64,000 nucleotides of DNA, from NCBI GenBank assembly GCA_041751875.1, contig JBGSIC010000026.1:5128-69127 (forward strand), written 5' to 3'. The position numbers and the translations under genes are program-made. Positions 17,483 through 26,970 of the stretch are shown piece by piece. Positions within the stretch are counted from its first letter, which is position 1; every line of letters starts with the position of its first letter. Below the pieces are notes generated by a model, which saw nothing but the letters and a program-made list of their open reading frames with translations, made no database searches and was not told where the DNA came from. This DNA comes from Bdellovibrionota bacterium (GTDB taxonomy: Bacteria; Bdellovibrionota; FAC87; UBA2466; JACKAF01).

Positions 17483-18922
17483 CTACATCGCCTTTTCGTC
17501 GCTGACCAAATCATCTTCGTCATCATCGACGCTTAAGTTGCTCAGACCGTACTTATCGACTCGGTAGCGCATGCTACGGAAGCTGATTTTGAGCAATTTT
17601 GCCGCTCGCTTCTTGATTCCGCCTGCCTGCTGCAGAGCGCGAACTAGGAGCGCACGTTCAAAATCGGCTACCAGTGCTTCGAGTTCAATGCCCTTCTCAA
17701 CGTCAATTTCGATCTTGTTGGCATCGAGGTTACCCGCCGGCGCCGGTGTTTCTAAGAGATGGCGTGGCAAGCTTTCAGGCAGAATCATCTGGCTCGGTTC
17801 CAAGGCAACAGTGCGCTCGATGATATTCTCAAGCTCACGAACGTTACCAGGATAGTGGTACGTCTTTAACCGATCCATCGCCTCGTTGCTGATCTTCTTG
17901 ATATCGATTCCGAGAATTTTGGAGAATTTTTCCAAAAAGTGGTTGGCGAGCATCACGATGTCTTCGCGACGTTCGCGCAGCGGGGGCGATTGAATATGAA
18001 TTACGTTCAAGCGATAGAACAAGTCTTCTCTGAACCGGCCGGCCTTCACTTCGGTATCCAAATTTTTATTGGTTGCCGAGATGATGCGCACATCGACATG
18101 AATGTCTTCCGTGCCACCGACGCGTTTGAACGTACCTTCTTGAATCACGCGCAAGAGCTTTACTTGCATGGTCAAAGGTAGCTCGCCTAATTCATCGAGG
18201 AAAATCGTTCCCGTGTTAGCAACTTCGAAGAGACCTTTTTTATCGGCAATGGCGCCGGTGAAGGATCCCTTACGGTGACCAAACATTTCGCTTTCCATTA
18301 GGTTTTCAGGAATCGCACCGCAGTTTACGGTGACGAAGGGACGGTCCTTGAGGGGGCCGTTGTAGTGAATGGCACGGGCGATCAATTCTTTACCCGTTCC
18401 GCTTTCACCCATGATCAGTACAGAACTTTTCGTATGGGCAATACGACGGACCATTTCGTAAATGCGAAGCATCGGAGGTGCGCCGCCGATGATGTTATCA
18501 AAGGCGTATTTGCTGCCTAGTTCTTTGCGCAGCTGAGCGTTCTCAAGTTTCAGAACGCGTTCTTCAAGCGCTTTGGCAATGATGAGTTTGACTTCGTCGA
18601 GCTTGAAAGGCTTTTGGAGATAATCCGAAGCGCCGAGTTTCATGGCTTCAACCGCGGTGTCGGTCGAGCCAAAGGCGGTGATCATCACCACCGGCATTTC
18701 CGGATCTTGCTCTTTTACTTGAGCCAAGAGCTCCATACCGGACATTTCGGGCATCTGGATGTCCGAAATGATCAGATCGACTTGGTGCTTTTTAAGCTGC
18801 TCCAAGCCTTCTTTTCCGTTCGAAGCCGAGAGAACTTGGTAGCCCTCTCGTTTCAACATAATCTCAAAAAACTCTCTTATGCTCTCTTCGTCATCGACTA
18901 CGAGAATCTTCCGCAGGTTCAT
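17483..18922 (-). CDS. sigma-54-dependent response regulator (NtrC family bacterial enhancer-binding protein)
   Basis: A REC domain (ILVVDDEE...DLIISDIQMPEMSG) is followed by an AAA+ domain with Walker A GESGTGKE, the GSFTGA (GAFTGA) loop and IFLDELGEL, then a Fis-type HTH. I set the start at ATG 18922 (MNLRKIL...) with a GAGGTG Shine-Dalgarno sequence. No histidine kinase gene is adjacent. Confidence 0.9.
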   Translation of the reverse strand: MNLRKILVVDDEESIREFFEIMLKREGYQVLSASNGKEGLEQLKKHQVDLIISDIQMPEMSGMELLAQVKEQDPEMPVVMITAFGSTDTAVEAMKLGASDYLQKPFKLDEVKLIIAKALEERVLKLENAQLRKELGSKYAFDNIIGGAPPMLRIYEMVRRIAHTKSSVLIMGESGTGKELIARAIHYNGPLKDRPFVTVNCGAIPENLMESEMFGHRKGSFTGAIADKKGLFEVANTGTIFLDELGELPLTMQVKLLRVIQEGTFKRVGGTEDIHVDVRIISATNKNLDTEVKAGRFREDLFYRLNVIHIQSPPLRERREDIVMLANHFLEKFSKILGIDIKKISNEAMDRLKTYHYPGNVRELENIIERTVALEPSQMILPESLPRHLLETPAPAGNLDANKIEIDVEKGIELEALVADFERALLVRALQQAGGIKKRAAKLLKISFRSMRYRVDKYGLSNLSVDDDEDDLVSDEKAM

Positions 18923-19076
18923 CGGGCACCTCAACAACACAACATGAACAAACTACACAGCTACAAAACTTTGCTTCATGAAAACGCAAGACGCGACGGA
19001 AGATCGTACTCTGAAGGACTACATGATGAGAGCTTCCACTTCTTCTGACGTTCCATAAAACTACTCCGCATTGTTC

Positions 19077-19092
19077 AGCAACAATCGTACCA
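19077..19092 (-). promoter_or_regulatory. sigma-54 type -24/-12 promoter candidate upstream of the NtrC-family gene
   Basis: The minus-strand reading is TGGTAC-GATTG-TTGCT, with one mismatch to consensus and canonical spacing. The predicted leader to ATG 18922 is about 145 nt. Confidence 0.45.
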
Positions 19093-19295
19093 AGCAGCGA
19101 AAAAGGGCCCTGGCTTGAAATTACAGGGATTTTATTTTTGGATACAAAAAGACTACTGATTACTTCACTTTCGGGTGTGTGACATTTCTCGTCACCTGTC
19201 GTGAAGAAGTGGGAATTCTGGATGTTTATGAAGGGTAGGACGAGCGATCGATCTGCACTTTAATAGAGCGCGTATTCCAAAAGAAATCAGAGAAA

Positions 19296-19883
19296 TTAGT
19301 CGAACGCGTCCGCTTGCCGGCGAAACTCTTCCAAAGTCAGAGTGTATGACTTTCCTTCTTCCACGTTGATTCGGGAAACCCATGCGTGCCTTTCATCCGG
19401 CAGTCTGATGACCACGGAGGCCCAGGTGTGGTTTCCTGCAGGGACTTCCACTGATAGGACCGCGGTCCGATCGAGCACTTTAGTTTCCACTAGCCGTGAT
19501 CGGGTGTTAAATCCCCAGACACGTGCCCCTTCCAGAAGGTCCGTGATCCGGATCTCGCCTGAGACGCCGACTTCATCGGGAGGAATGCCCGCAACCAAAA
19601 CACCTACGAGCGAGGCAACAAGCATCCCACCGCTAGCGTGGCCGGTCGCCTCACCCAGCCAGGGAGCATTGTCGTTATTCGCCACGGCCGTTAGCGCAGG
19701 AGGCGCGAACGTCGCAATCGCGCACCCGCCCACCATGAGCGCTAGACTGCATTGATGAACTTTACGTTTCCATGAGGAATCGGCCTGCGCGTAGTAAGGG
19801 AGGATCATTAAAATTGCGATCAGTGCGCCTATTTTTAGGCGGTAGTTCTTGGCGGCGTTTGGCATAAGGCCGGACCATAACAT
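19296..19883 (-). CDS. hypothetical membrane-anchored/secreted protein
   Basis: 195-aa ORF. The hydrophobic N-terminal segment IGALIAILMILPYYAQA follows a possible internal start (MPNAAK, 19865). No recognisable motif. Confidence 0.5.
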   Translation of the reverse strand: MLWSGLMPNAAKNYRLKIGALIAILMILPYYAQADSSWKRKVHQCSLALMVGGCAIATFAPPALTAVANNDNAPWLGEATGHASGGMLVASLVGVLVAGIPPDEVGVSGEIRITDLLEGARVWGFNTRSRLVETKVLDRTAVLSVEVPAGNHTWASVVIRLPDERHAWVSRINVEEGKSYTLTLEEFRRQADAFD

Positions 19884-20025
19884 GGAGCGTTAAAGTGCTG
19901 CCACGTTTTATATCCAAGGAATTTCCGCACTTTAGTTCCGCTTTTTCATTCTCCGAGTTGACCCACCGCTTCCAGGGGTATAGGACCAAAGAATCAATTA
20001 ACGCACCGACCCGGAGGATCCGCTT

Positions 20026-20592
20026 ATGAAGCTTGCTCTCACCCTTTCAATCTTGTTGCTTGCCGTTCCGTCTTTGAACGCGGAACAACAGAGCATTTTG
20101 AAACAAAGTAACGAACCGACTTTAGCTGTTCCGGCTGAAGAATCCATTATCGCTCCCCTTCCTACACCGGCACCCAAAAACCAGACCACGGTTACGGACT
20201 ACCCTATTGTGGAAGCAGTTGATGACGTTTTGTCGCTTCCTTCCCGGTCGCAGATTGGTGTGAGCATTCGTTTTGTGTCGGATGTTCCGGTGCGAGAGAA
20301 TCGGAAGCACCCGGTTTTGATCGTCAGCCAGCCTGAACAGGGTCTCTGCGCTACGCTGGTAGATGTGCGAACGGTTTGCAGTCCACAACTGACGTGCGTC
20401 CGTGAAGTCGGTGTTTTCGGTCGCGTTCGTGATGTGGAAAAATGCGTCTATGATTGCACCTCGACGGCCGTATTTAAAATGGGCCGTGCTTCGGAGGGAG
20501 ACCTATTGGTTCAGGCGATTGATAATCGCATCTTGAATCGGGCGCGCGGAACGGTTCTCGCCGAATCCGTCGTTCCCGTTCGCATTCAGTAG
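20026..20592 (+). CDS. hypothetical secreted protein
   Basis: 188 aa with signal peptide MKLALTLSILLLAVPSLNA, several Cys residues and a GGAGGA Shine-Dalgarno sequence upstream. Confidence 0.55.
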   Translation: MKLALTLSILLLAVPSLNAEQQSILKQSNEPTLAVPAEESIIAPLPTPAPKNQTTVTDYPIVEAVDDVLSLPSRSQIGVSIRFVSDVPVRENRKHPVLIVSQPEQGLCATLVDVRTVCSPQLTCVREVGVFGRVRDVEKCVYDCTSTAVFKMGRASEGDLLVQAIDNRILNRARGTVLAESVVPVRIQ

Positions 20593-20597
20593 TTCCG

Positions 20598-20616
20598 AAA
20601 GGTGCCTGGCACCTTT
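20598..20616. repeat. perfect 19-nt palindrome AAAGGTGCC-T-GGCACCTTT (repeat-family copy C)
   Basis: Seen directly in the sequence, 6 nt after the stop at 20592. It uses the same AGGTGCC/GGCACCT arms that form the outer stems of the elements at 11276 and 57210. The extended motif recurs at 10556..10575. Confidence 0.6.
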
Positions 20617-20636
20617 TAGAACTTTGTGAATTTGAA

Positions 20637-20670
20637 ACAGCTGGCTCTTACGGGCCGGCTGTTTTTTTTT
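20637..20670. terminator. Rho-independent terminator between convergent genes
   Basis: ACAGCTGGC-tcttacgg-GCCGGCTGT forms a 9-bp stem (one G-U pair) followed by a T9 run. It lies between the stops at 20592 (+) and 20673 (-). Confidence 0.6.
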
Positions 20671-20672
20671 GC

Positions 20673-21662
20673 CTAGTTGATTTTGGCAACTTCGAAGCAG
20701 CTGACCCAATGGTCGGCGGCTTTCTCTTCCAGTGGCGGAATGGAATCTTTGCAGTGCGCCTGCATGAGCGGGCAGCGGGTATGAAAGGGGCAGCCCACAG
20801 GCGGGTTCAAAGGCGAGGGTAGTTCTCCTTGCAAAATTAAACGCCGGCGCTCACGTTCGAGCTTCGGATCAGGAATCGGAACCGCAGAAACCAGAGCCTT
20901 CGTGTAGGGATGCATCGGGCTGCGATAAAGTTCCTTGCGATCGGCAATCTCGACAATCTTTCCTAGGTACATTACCGCAATCCGATCCGAGATGTATTTC
21001 ACTACTGAAAGGTTGTGCGCGATAAAAATCATCGAAAGCCCAAGCGCGGATTTGATGTCTTTTAAGAGGTTAAGAATCTCTGCCTGAACCGAAACATCCA
21101 AAGACGAAACGGGTTCATCTGCGATCAGAATCTTTGGCTCCACCACGAGAGCGCGCGCTATGGCAATACGCTGGCGTTGCCCGCCGGAAAACTCGTGCGG
21201 ATATTTTTTGAGAGAGGTTTCACGCAAAGAAACTAAACTTAATATCCGCCGGATACTTTTACCGAGGTCGCTAGCGTTTAGTTTCTTATGCGCACGCAGC
21301 GGCTCAGCCAATATATCAAACACCGTCATCCGGGGATCCAGAGAGCCGTACGGATCTTGAAAGACCATCTGAATGTTGGTGCGGGCCTTACGAAGTTCTT
21401 CCCCTTTAAGGGCTAGGAAGTCGATACCGCCAATCTCCACGTGCCCGCTGGTGGGCTTGTTCAACCGAATAATGGCTCTGCCCAAGGAGCTCTTGCCGCA
21501 GCCTGATTCGCCCACCAGACCCAAGGTTTCCCCTTGTTTGAGTTCCAAGCTAACGCCGTCGACAGCTTTGAGGTACTGTTTCGGTCCGAAATTGAGAAAG
21601 CCAGCACGCATCAGGTAGTGAACCTTTAGATCTCTTACGTGCAAAACATTTTCATTTATCAT
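20673..21662 (-). CDS. oligopeptide/dipeptide ABC transporter ATP-binding protein (OppF/DppF type)
   Basis: Walker A GESGCGKSS, signature FSGGQRQR and Walker B LIADEPVSSLD are present. The C-terminal tail GCPFHTRCPLMQAHC is Cys-rich, as in Opp/Dpp ATPases. Confidence 0.9.
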   Translation of the reverse strand: MINENVLHVRDLKVHYLMRAGFLNFGPKQYLKAVDGVSLELKQGETLGLVGESGCGKSSLGRAIIRLNKPTSGHVEIGGIDFLALKGEELRKARTNIQMVFQDPYGSLDPRMTVFDILAEPLRAHKKLNASDLGKSIRRILSLVSLRETSLKKYPHEFSGGQRQRIAIARALVVEPKILIADEPVSSLDVSVQAEILNLLKDIKSALGLSMIFIAHNLSVVKYISDRIAVMYLGKIVEIADRKELYRSPMHPYTKALVSAVPIPDPKLERERRRLILQGELPSPLNPPVGCPFHTRCPLMQAHCKDSIPPLEEKAADHWVSCFEVAKIN

Positions 21663-22630
21663 CCGGGTAACCTTTCCAGATGGCAGTACGACTTATGGCT
21701 GTCGGCAAAGGACTTCGGTTCCGGCCATATGGTGGAGCACTCGTCCATGCGGTACTGGCAGCGCTCGTAAAAAGGACACCCGCCGGTGAGACGGGATAAA
21801 TCGGGAGGTGAGCCACCGATAGGGGGCAACGCCTCATTTTCTTGGTCGAGCCGTGGCGTAGATTTCAGGAGCGCGCGAGTGTACGGATGCTGCGAATCGT
21901 AAAAAATAGAATCAGTCGACCCGTACTCGAAAACTTTTCCCGCATACATCACGAGCACTTTGTCGGCAATACCTGCCACGACACCTAAATCGTGAGTAAT
22001 AAAAATAATGCTCATACCCGTTTCTTGCTGAATATCTTTTAGAAGCTCCAGAATCTGCGCTTGAACAGTCACATCCAGAGCGGTCGTCGGCTCGTCGGCG
22101 ATAAGAAGTTCCGGCTTGGTGGTGAGCGCCATCGCAATCATCACGCGCTGGCGCATGCCACCACTAAACTCGTGAGGGTAGGCATCCATCGCTGTATGCG
22201 GGTGTGCAATCCCTACGCGCTTGAGGGCTTTCTCGGCCTCATCCCACGCTTGTTTCTTGTCCATGTTCCGATGCTCGGTGAGCGGCTCGATAAGCTGCGT
22301 GCCGATCTTCAGGTAAGGATTAAGCGAGGTCATCGGCTCCTGGAAAATCATGCTGATTTTGTTGCCGCGAAGTTGTCGCAAAACCGAATCACTTGTGTTG
22401 AGCAGGTCGATATCGCCGAACATGGCTTTGCCAGATTCCACCTTTAGCGGAGGAGAAGGTAACAAGCCCATAAGCGTTAGCTGCGTGACCGATTTTCCAC
22501 TCCCGCTCTCACCCACAATGCCGAGCGTTTCCCCTTTTTCCAGCGTAAAGCCCACTCCGTCGACTGCTTTGACAAGGCCCTTTCTGGTATGAAAGTAGGC
22601 GCGTAGATCGGTGACTTCCAAAAGCGGCAT
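21659..22630 (-). CDS. oligopeptide/dipeptide ABC transporter ATP-binding protein (OppD/DppD type)
   Basis: [17 protein letters not shown] and [11 protein letters not shown] are present, with a C-terminal [16 protein letters not shown] tail. The gene overlaps the downstream ATPase gene by 4 nt. Confidence 0.9.
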   Translation of the reverse strand: MPLLEVTDLRAYFHTRKGLVKAVDGVGFTLEKGETLGIVGESGSGKSVTQLTLMGLLPSPPLKVESGKAMFGDIDLLNTSDSVLRQLRGNKISMIFQEPMTSLNPYLKIGTQLIEPLTEHRNMDKKQAWDEAEKALKRVGIAHPHTAMDAYPHEFSGGMRQRVMIAMALTTKPELLIADEPTTALDVTVQAQILELLKDIQQETGMSIIFITHDLGVVAGIADKVLVMYAGKVFEYGSTDSIFYDSQHPYTRALLKSTPRLDQENEALPPIGGSPPDLSRLTGGCPFYERCQYRMDECSTIWPEPKSFADSHKSYCHLERLPG

Positions 22631-23547
22631 TAGTCTTTGGCTCCTTTGGGATCGAGTGCGTCTCGTAAGCCATCGCCTAAGAAGTTAAGAGAGAAAAGCG
22701 TCGCTGCAAGAGCCATCGCGGGAAACAGAAGAACGGTGGGCCGGATTTCCATCACTTCCACGCCGTTAGAAATCAGCGTGCCCCACGAAGCCATCGGTGC
22801 TTGTACACCAAGGCCAAGGAAGCTTAGGAAGGCCTCTTCCAAAATCACGGAGGGCACGGTCAGCGTCATAAACACGATTACCGGTCCGAGAGAGTTGGGT
22901 ATCAAATGTCGCTTGATAATGTGCCATCGACGTACCCCAACAGAGTGAGCAGCTTGAACAAACTCTTTTTCTTTTAGCGAAATCACCTGACCGCGAACAA
23001 TGCGTGCCATCGTTAGCCACTGCGTGAGACCTAAAGCGATAAAGAGCAAAAAGATGTTGCGACCAAAGAACACCATCAAAATGATGACCAGGAAAACGAA
23101 GGGCAGCGCGTACAGAACGTCCACGATGCGCATCATAATGTTGTCAACGCGACCGCCTAGGAAGCCCGAAACAGCTCCATAAACAACGCCGACAATTACG
23201 CTGACGAAAGAAGCGAGAAATCCCACCAAGAGTGAGATTCGACCTCCGTAAAGAACGCGTGTGAAGAGGTCGCGTCCGAGAGCGTCCGTCCCCATCCAGT
23301 GTTCCGCGGAGGGGGCAAGCACCCAGTTCTCTAGATTTTGTTCCTCAAAGCCGTAGGGAACAATCCAGGGAGTGATGATAGCGAGAATAATCTCCAGGAG
23401 GATAAAAATGCCGCCTGCAACGGCCATCTTGTTCTTTAGAAGCCTGCGAAACGCGTCTTCCCAAAGGCTGACTCCGCCAGACTCTTGTTTCAGATTGGAT
23501 TCTACGATGATTGGACTTTCCATGGTTGCTGCTAAACCGTCACTCAT
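22630..23547 (-). CDS. oligopeptide ABC transporter permease (OppC type)
   Basis: 305-aa multi-TM permease with the N-terminal extension typical of OppC/DppC. It overlaps its neighbours by 1 and 8 nt. Confidence 0.85.
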   Translation of the reverse strand: MSDGLAATMESPIIVESNLKQESGGVSLWEDAFRRLLKNKMAVAGGIFILLEIILAIITPWIVPYGFEEQNLENWVLAPSAEHWMGTDALGRDLFTRVLYGGRISLLVGFLASFVSVIVGVVYGAVSGFLGGRVDNIMMRIVDVLYALPFVFLVIILMVFFGRNIFLLFIALGLTQWLTMARIVRGQVISLKEKEFVQAAHSVGVRRWHIIKRHLIPNSLGPVIVFMTLTVPSVILEEAFLSFLGLGVQAPMASWGTLISNGVEVMEIRPTVLLFPAMALAATLFSLNFLGDGLRDALDPKGAKD

Positions 23548-24460
23548 AGCGCACCCTCGGATCCAAGATTACGTAGAAAATGTCGACCAAAAAATTGGAG
23601 ACAAAAATCAGGGTAAAGTACAGCAACGCTGTTCCCATGACGACGGTGTAATCTCGGTTGAGGGCACTTTGGATGAAGAACCGGCCTAAGCCGGGAATGT
23701 TGAAAATGGTTTCGGTGACAAGCGCACCGGATAACAAGCCAGCCAACGCTGGGCCTAAGAATGAAACAACAGGCAGCATACCTCCACGCAGTGAATGTTT
23801 AAGGATGATCGTACTTTCTTTTAAACCTTTGGCCCTAGCCGTACGGATAAAGTCTTGGGTTCTTATTTCCATCAGCCCACCCCGGGTGAGCCGAGAAATA
23901 TAGGCGGCATAGGCAAAGCCCAATGTCATCGACGGTAGGATGCGATCGGCAGGTGTGTCCCACCCCGCAACCGGCAACCAGCCGAGCCATAGACCAAAAA
24001 CCAATATAGATAGAGGTCCGATCACAAAAGTGGGCAAGCAGATCCCCAGAATGGAGATCGACATGGGTATGTAATCAAACAAAGAATTAGGCCGAAATGC
24101 CGCAAGCCCCCCGGCGGTGACTCCTATCAGGAGTGCCCAAAACAAAGACCAAAGTCCCAATTCCAAAGAGACAGGGAACGCTTCTCCAATGATGTCATTC
24201 ACAGAGCGATTCGAATGTTTGTAGCTAGGCCCAAGATCAAAACGCGAAAGGTCTCTCATGTAGAGCAGGTACTGCTTCCACAGTGGGAGATCGAGATTGT
24301 ACTTCTTATCCAGATTCGCTTTGATCTCCGGCGGCAATTTCCGTTCACCATCAAACGGTCCGCCGGGAGCAAATCGGATCGTGAAAAAGACAAGCGTCAC
24401 CACCGCCAAAAAGACGGGGATCATAGTGAGAAGACGCTTTACGAGATACCCAAGACCCAT
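23540..24460 (-). CDS. oligopeptide ABC transporter permease (OppB type)
   Basis: 306-aa multi-TM permease. The N-terminal YLVKRLLTMIPVFLAV is typical of OppB/DppB. Confidence 0.85.
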   Translation of the reverse strand: MGLGYLVKRLLTMIPVFLAVVTLVFFTIRFAPGGPFDGERKLPPEIKANLDKKYNLDLPLWKQYLLYMRDLSRFDLGPSYKHSNRSVNDIIGEAFPVSLELGLWSLFWALLIGVTAGGLAAFRPNSLFDYIPMSISILGICLPTFVIGPLSILVFGLWLGWLPVAGWDTPADRILPSMTLGFAYAAYISRLTRGGLMEIRTQDFIRTARAKGLKESTIILKHSLRGGMLPVVSFLGPALAGLLSGALVTETIFNIPGLGRFFIQSALNRDYTVVMGTALLYFTLIFVSNFLVDIFYVILDPRVRYE

Positions 24461-24481
24461 GCGTACTTAACCTTTGCTGCC

Positions 24482-26074
24482 TTACTTTATGCTAACAAAC
24501 TTGAGCGGATGGAAATCCATAATGTTGGGATACCAGCCAGCTACTTCGGGACGAATCAGATACGTGCGCGTGTAAATGTAAATGGGAACAACGGGGAGTT
24601 CATCCATCAGGATGGCTTCAATCTGATTGAAAATCTCCCCACGTTTTTTGGCGTCCATTTCAAGCTTCGCTTTAGCGACGAGATCGTCGTACTGCTTGTT
24701 GCTAAACCCGGTGTCGTTATTTCCCCCACCCGTGACGTACATTTCCAAGAAGGTAAGAGGGTCGTTGTAGTCTCCGATCCAGCCGGCTCGCGCGACCTCA
24801 TAGTTGAGTGTTTGACGATTCGCCAGGTAGCTTTTCCATTCCTGGTTATACAGACCCACATTGATACCTAGATTCTTTTTCCACATCTCCTGAATCGCTT
24901 CGGCGATCTTTTTATGCGACTCCTGAGTGTTGTAAAGAATGTCGAACTTCGGAAAACCTTTTCCATTTGGATAGCCGGCTTCTGCCAAAAGTTTCTTCGC
25001 CTTAGCGAGATCTTCCGGGGTGACTTTCGGATTTAAATAAACACTGGGTTGAAATCCACCCGTGCCCGGAGGCGTAAATGCCGTGGCAGGCATTTGCCCC
25101 GCGCGTGTAATGTTCTTAGTGATCTGTTCGCGGTCAATAGCCAGACTAAGGGCCTGACGAACGCGTTTGTCCTTCAACGCCTTTTTCGTTGTGTTGATAT
25201 GGTAGTAGTACACGCCCAAATAGGGTGAATGATAAATTTGGTCTTTCTTTTCTAGCCAGTGCGGAATTTTGGGAAGCGGAATTTCGTAACCCACGTGAAG
25301 CTTACCCGCCCTGAACATTTTTTCTTCCGTATCCGTGTTTTCAATAGGATAGAAGTTAACGGTTTCTAACTTTACGTTAGCCGCATCCCAATAAGTGGGG
25401 TTTTTGTCGGCGATGAGAACTTTGTTTAATTGCCAGCTACGCAATTTGAAAGGTCCGTTGGACACTATATTTTCTGGAAGGGTCCACTTGTTCCCAAACT
25501 TCTCGATGGTTTTCTGGTGCACTGGGTACAAAGAATAGTGATAGGTCAGAGGTACGAAAAAGGGAGTGGGTGTCTCTAAAGTGACTTCCAAGGTACGGTC
25601 GTCAATGGCCCGCACGCCAAGCGCGCTCAGGTCTTTGATTTTACCTTTGGTGATGGCGTCGCCATTCTTAATATACCCGCCATGGTAGGCGTACTTCGCC
25701 GCAGTTTTCGGGTCGACCAATCGGCGGAATGCGTAAACAAAATCTCCGGCGACGACCGGGTCACCGTTTGTCCATTTCAGTCCTTCACGTAGTTTGAAAG
25801 TGTAAACTTTTCCATCCTTAGAAACAGTCCACGATTCTGCCTGACCAGGAATGGGTTCGGCCGTTTTCGGATCCATCGTAACCAAGCCTTCGAAGAGTTC
25901 CGAAATGACGTGGTGTTCAGGAACGCCCGAAACAATGTGAGGATCGAGATCCTGCAGCTCGGTGCCGTTGGCTTTATCGAGCACCTGGGTTTGGTTGGAA
26001 GATTTCTTCGTGCATGAAACGGAAAACAGAAAAAGGAAAACTGCCCCCATCGAAAAAAGTTTCCTTAAAGACAT
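24482..26074 (-). CDS. peptide ABC transporter substrate-binding protein (family 5 SBP)
   Basis: 530 aa. The signal peptide ends in a lipobox-like FSVSC. Length and composition fit OppA/DppA-type binding proteins. A GGAGGA Shine-Dalgarno sequence lies 7 nt upstream. Confidence 0.85.
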   Translation of the reverse strand: MSLRKLFSMGAVFLFLFSVSCTKKSSNQTQVLDKANGTELQDLDPHIVSGVPEHHVISELFEGLVTMDPKTAEPIPGQAESWTVSKDGKVYTFKLREGLKWTNGDPVVAGDFVYAFRRLVDPKTAAKYAYHGGYIKNGDAITKGKIKDLSALGVRAIDDRTLEVTLETPTPFFVPLTYHYSLYPVHQKTIEKFGNKWTLPENIVSNGPFKLRSWQLNKVLIADKNPTYWDAANVKLETVNFYPIENTDTEEKMFRAGKLHVGYEIPLPKIPHWLEKKDQIYHSPYLGVYYYHINTTKKALKDKRVRQALSLAIDREQITKNITRAGQMPATAFTPPGTGGFQPSVYLNPKVTPEDLAKAKKLLAEAGYPNGKGFPKFDILYNTQESHKKIAEAIQEMWKKNLGINVGLYNQEWKSYLANRQTLNYEVARAGWIGDYNDPLTFLEMYVTGGGNNDTGFSNKQYDDLVAKAKLEMDAKKRGEIFNQIEAILMDELPVVPIYIYTRTYLIRPEVAGWYPNIMDFHPLKFVSIK

Positions 26075-26150
26075 TTCTGATTTCCTCCGTGCTAGAGACG
26101 TTGTGCCACCCGCGATTTCTGACCGGCTCCAAAGGCCCAGCTGTCGCTAA

Positions 26151-26166
26151 TGCAAGCGAAGCGCCA
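26151..26166 (-). promoter_or_regulatory. sigma-54 type -24/-12 promoter candidate upstream of the peptide ABC operon
   Basis: The minus-strand reading is TGGCGC-TTCGC-TTGCA, with one mismatch to TGGCAC-N5-TTGCW and canonical spacing. The predicted leader to ATG 26074 is about 66 nt. Confidence 0.5.
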
Positions 26167-26365
26167 ACTTAGTGGGGCAGAAACTACCCCAGAACAATCT
26201 GATTTGCCGAGGGTGTCAAGGTTGTAATTTGGCGGGGACGAGGCCGGAAGTAGTTGAATTTCAAGGATTTGTCAGGGCTCTGGAAATGATGCCACGCGAT
26301 ACATAAAGGACTGCGCAGATTGGCGGGAAAGCCGCCGCAGTGGCGATGGTGTCGTTTCGCCCCTA

Positions 26366-26911
26366 CTAACTTTTTCCGAGTAAACCTTCTTTGAGGCCAG
26401 AATTAGGAGGGTTGCCCAACCACATACTCAGGATAAGGCGGGCCAACTCTTTTCCTTTTAAGTGGCCAGGGGCTTGGTTCTTCACGGTGACTTCCACTCC
26501 TTCGGGTGAAAAAGAGAAAACCATGGTGTCCTTTTTTACGAGGGGAACCATCAGGGCGTTTAGCGCTTCAATTTCCTTCAGCCATTTTTCGCAGTCCTTC
26601 TCACAGTTTCGTTCAAGCGACTCACGCCAAGCCTTTTTCAGCTCCTCTTCGCTAACTTTTCGCACAAACTCCATGCGGATCTGCTTGAGCCCAGGAGAGT
26701 CCAGGATCACTTTGGGATCCTTTTCTGCCGTTTCCAAGTAGAGCCCAGCTACATAGACATCCACGGAAAAGACCGTAGCTTCGCGAATGCCGAGGCCGTT
26801 GAGTACGAGTGGCTTATTCTTCCACTCTATCTTTTCGGGAAAACTCAGCCCGATGATTTCGGCTGAAAAGCTGGAAGTGCATAGCAAAGCGAGCAGGAAA
26901 ATCAGTTTCAT
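26366..26911 (-). CDS. secreted chalcone-isomerase-fold family protein
   Basis: A signal peptide is present. LNGLGIREATVFSVDVYVAGLYLE resembles the conserved N-terminal strands of bacterial chalcone-isomerase-like (fatty-acid-binding-like) proteins. Confidence 0.65.
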   Translation of the reverse strand: MKLIFLLALLCTSSFSAEIIGLSFPEKIEWKNKPLVLNGLGIREATVFSVDVYVAGLYLETAEKDPKVILDSPGLKQIRMEFVRKVSEEELKKAWRESLERNCEKDCEKWLKEIEALNALMVPLVKKDTMVFSFSPEGVEVTVKNQAPGHLKGKELARLILSMWLGNPPNSGLKEGLLGKS

Positions 26912-26970
26912 GAAGATGGCTTATGTTGCTCCGCCCCTTTGAGTCAAGCTGGCACGGCGATACGCTAGGG

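Noticed and set aside
24215-24871. 218-aa ORF on the plus strand
   Set aside because: It lies entirely antisense to the well-supported permease and substrate-binding-protein genes. It has no start-site signals and a low-complexity, Arg-rich translation typical of a shadow ORF.
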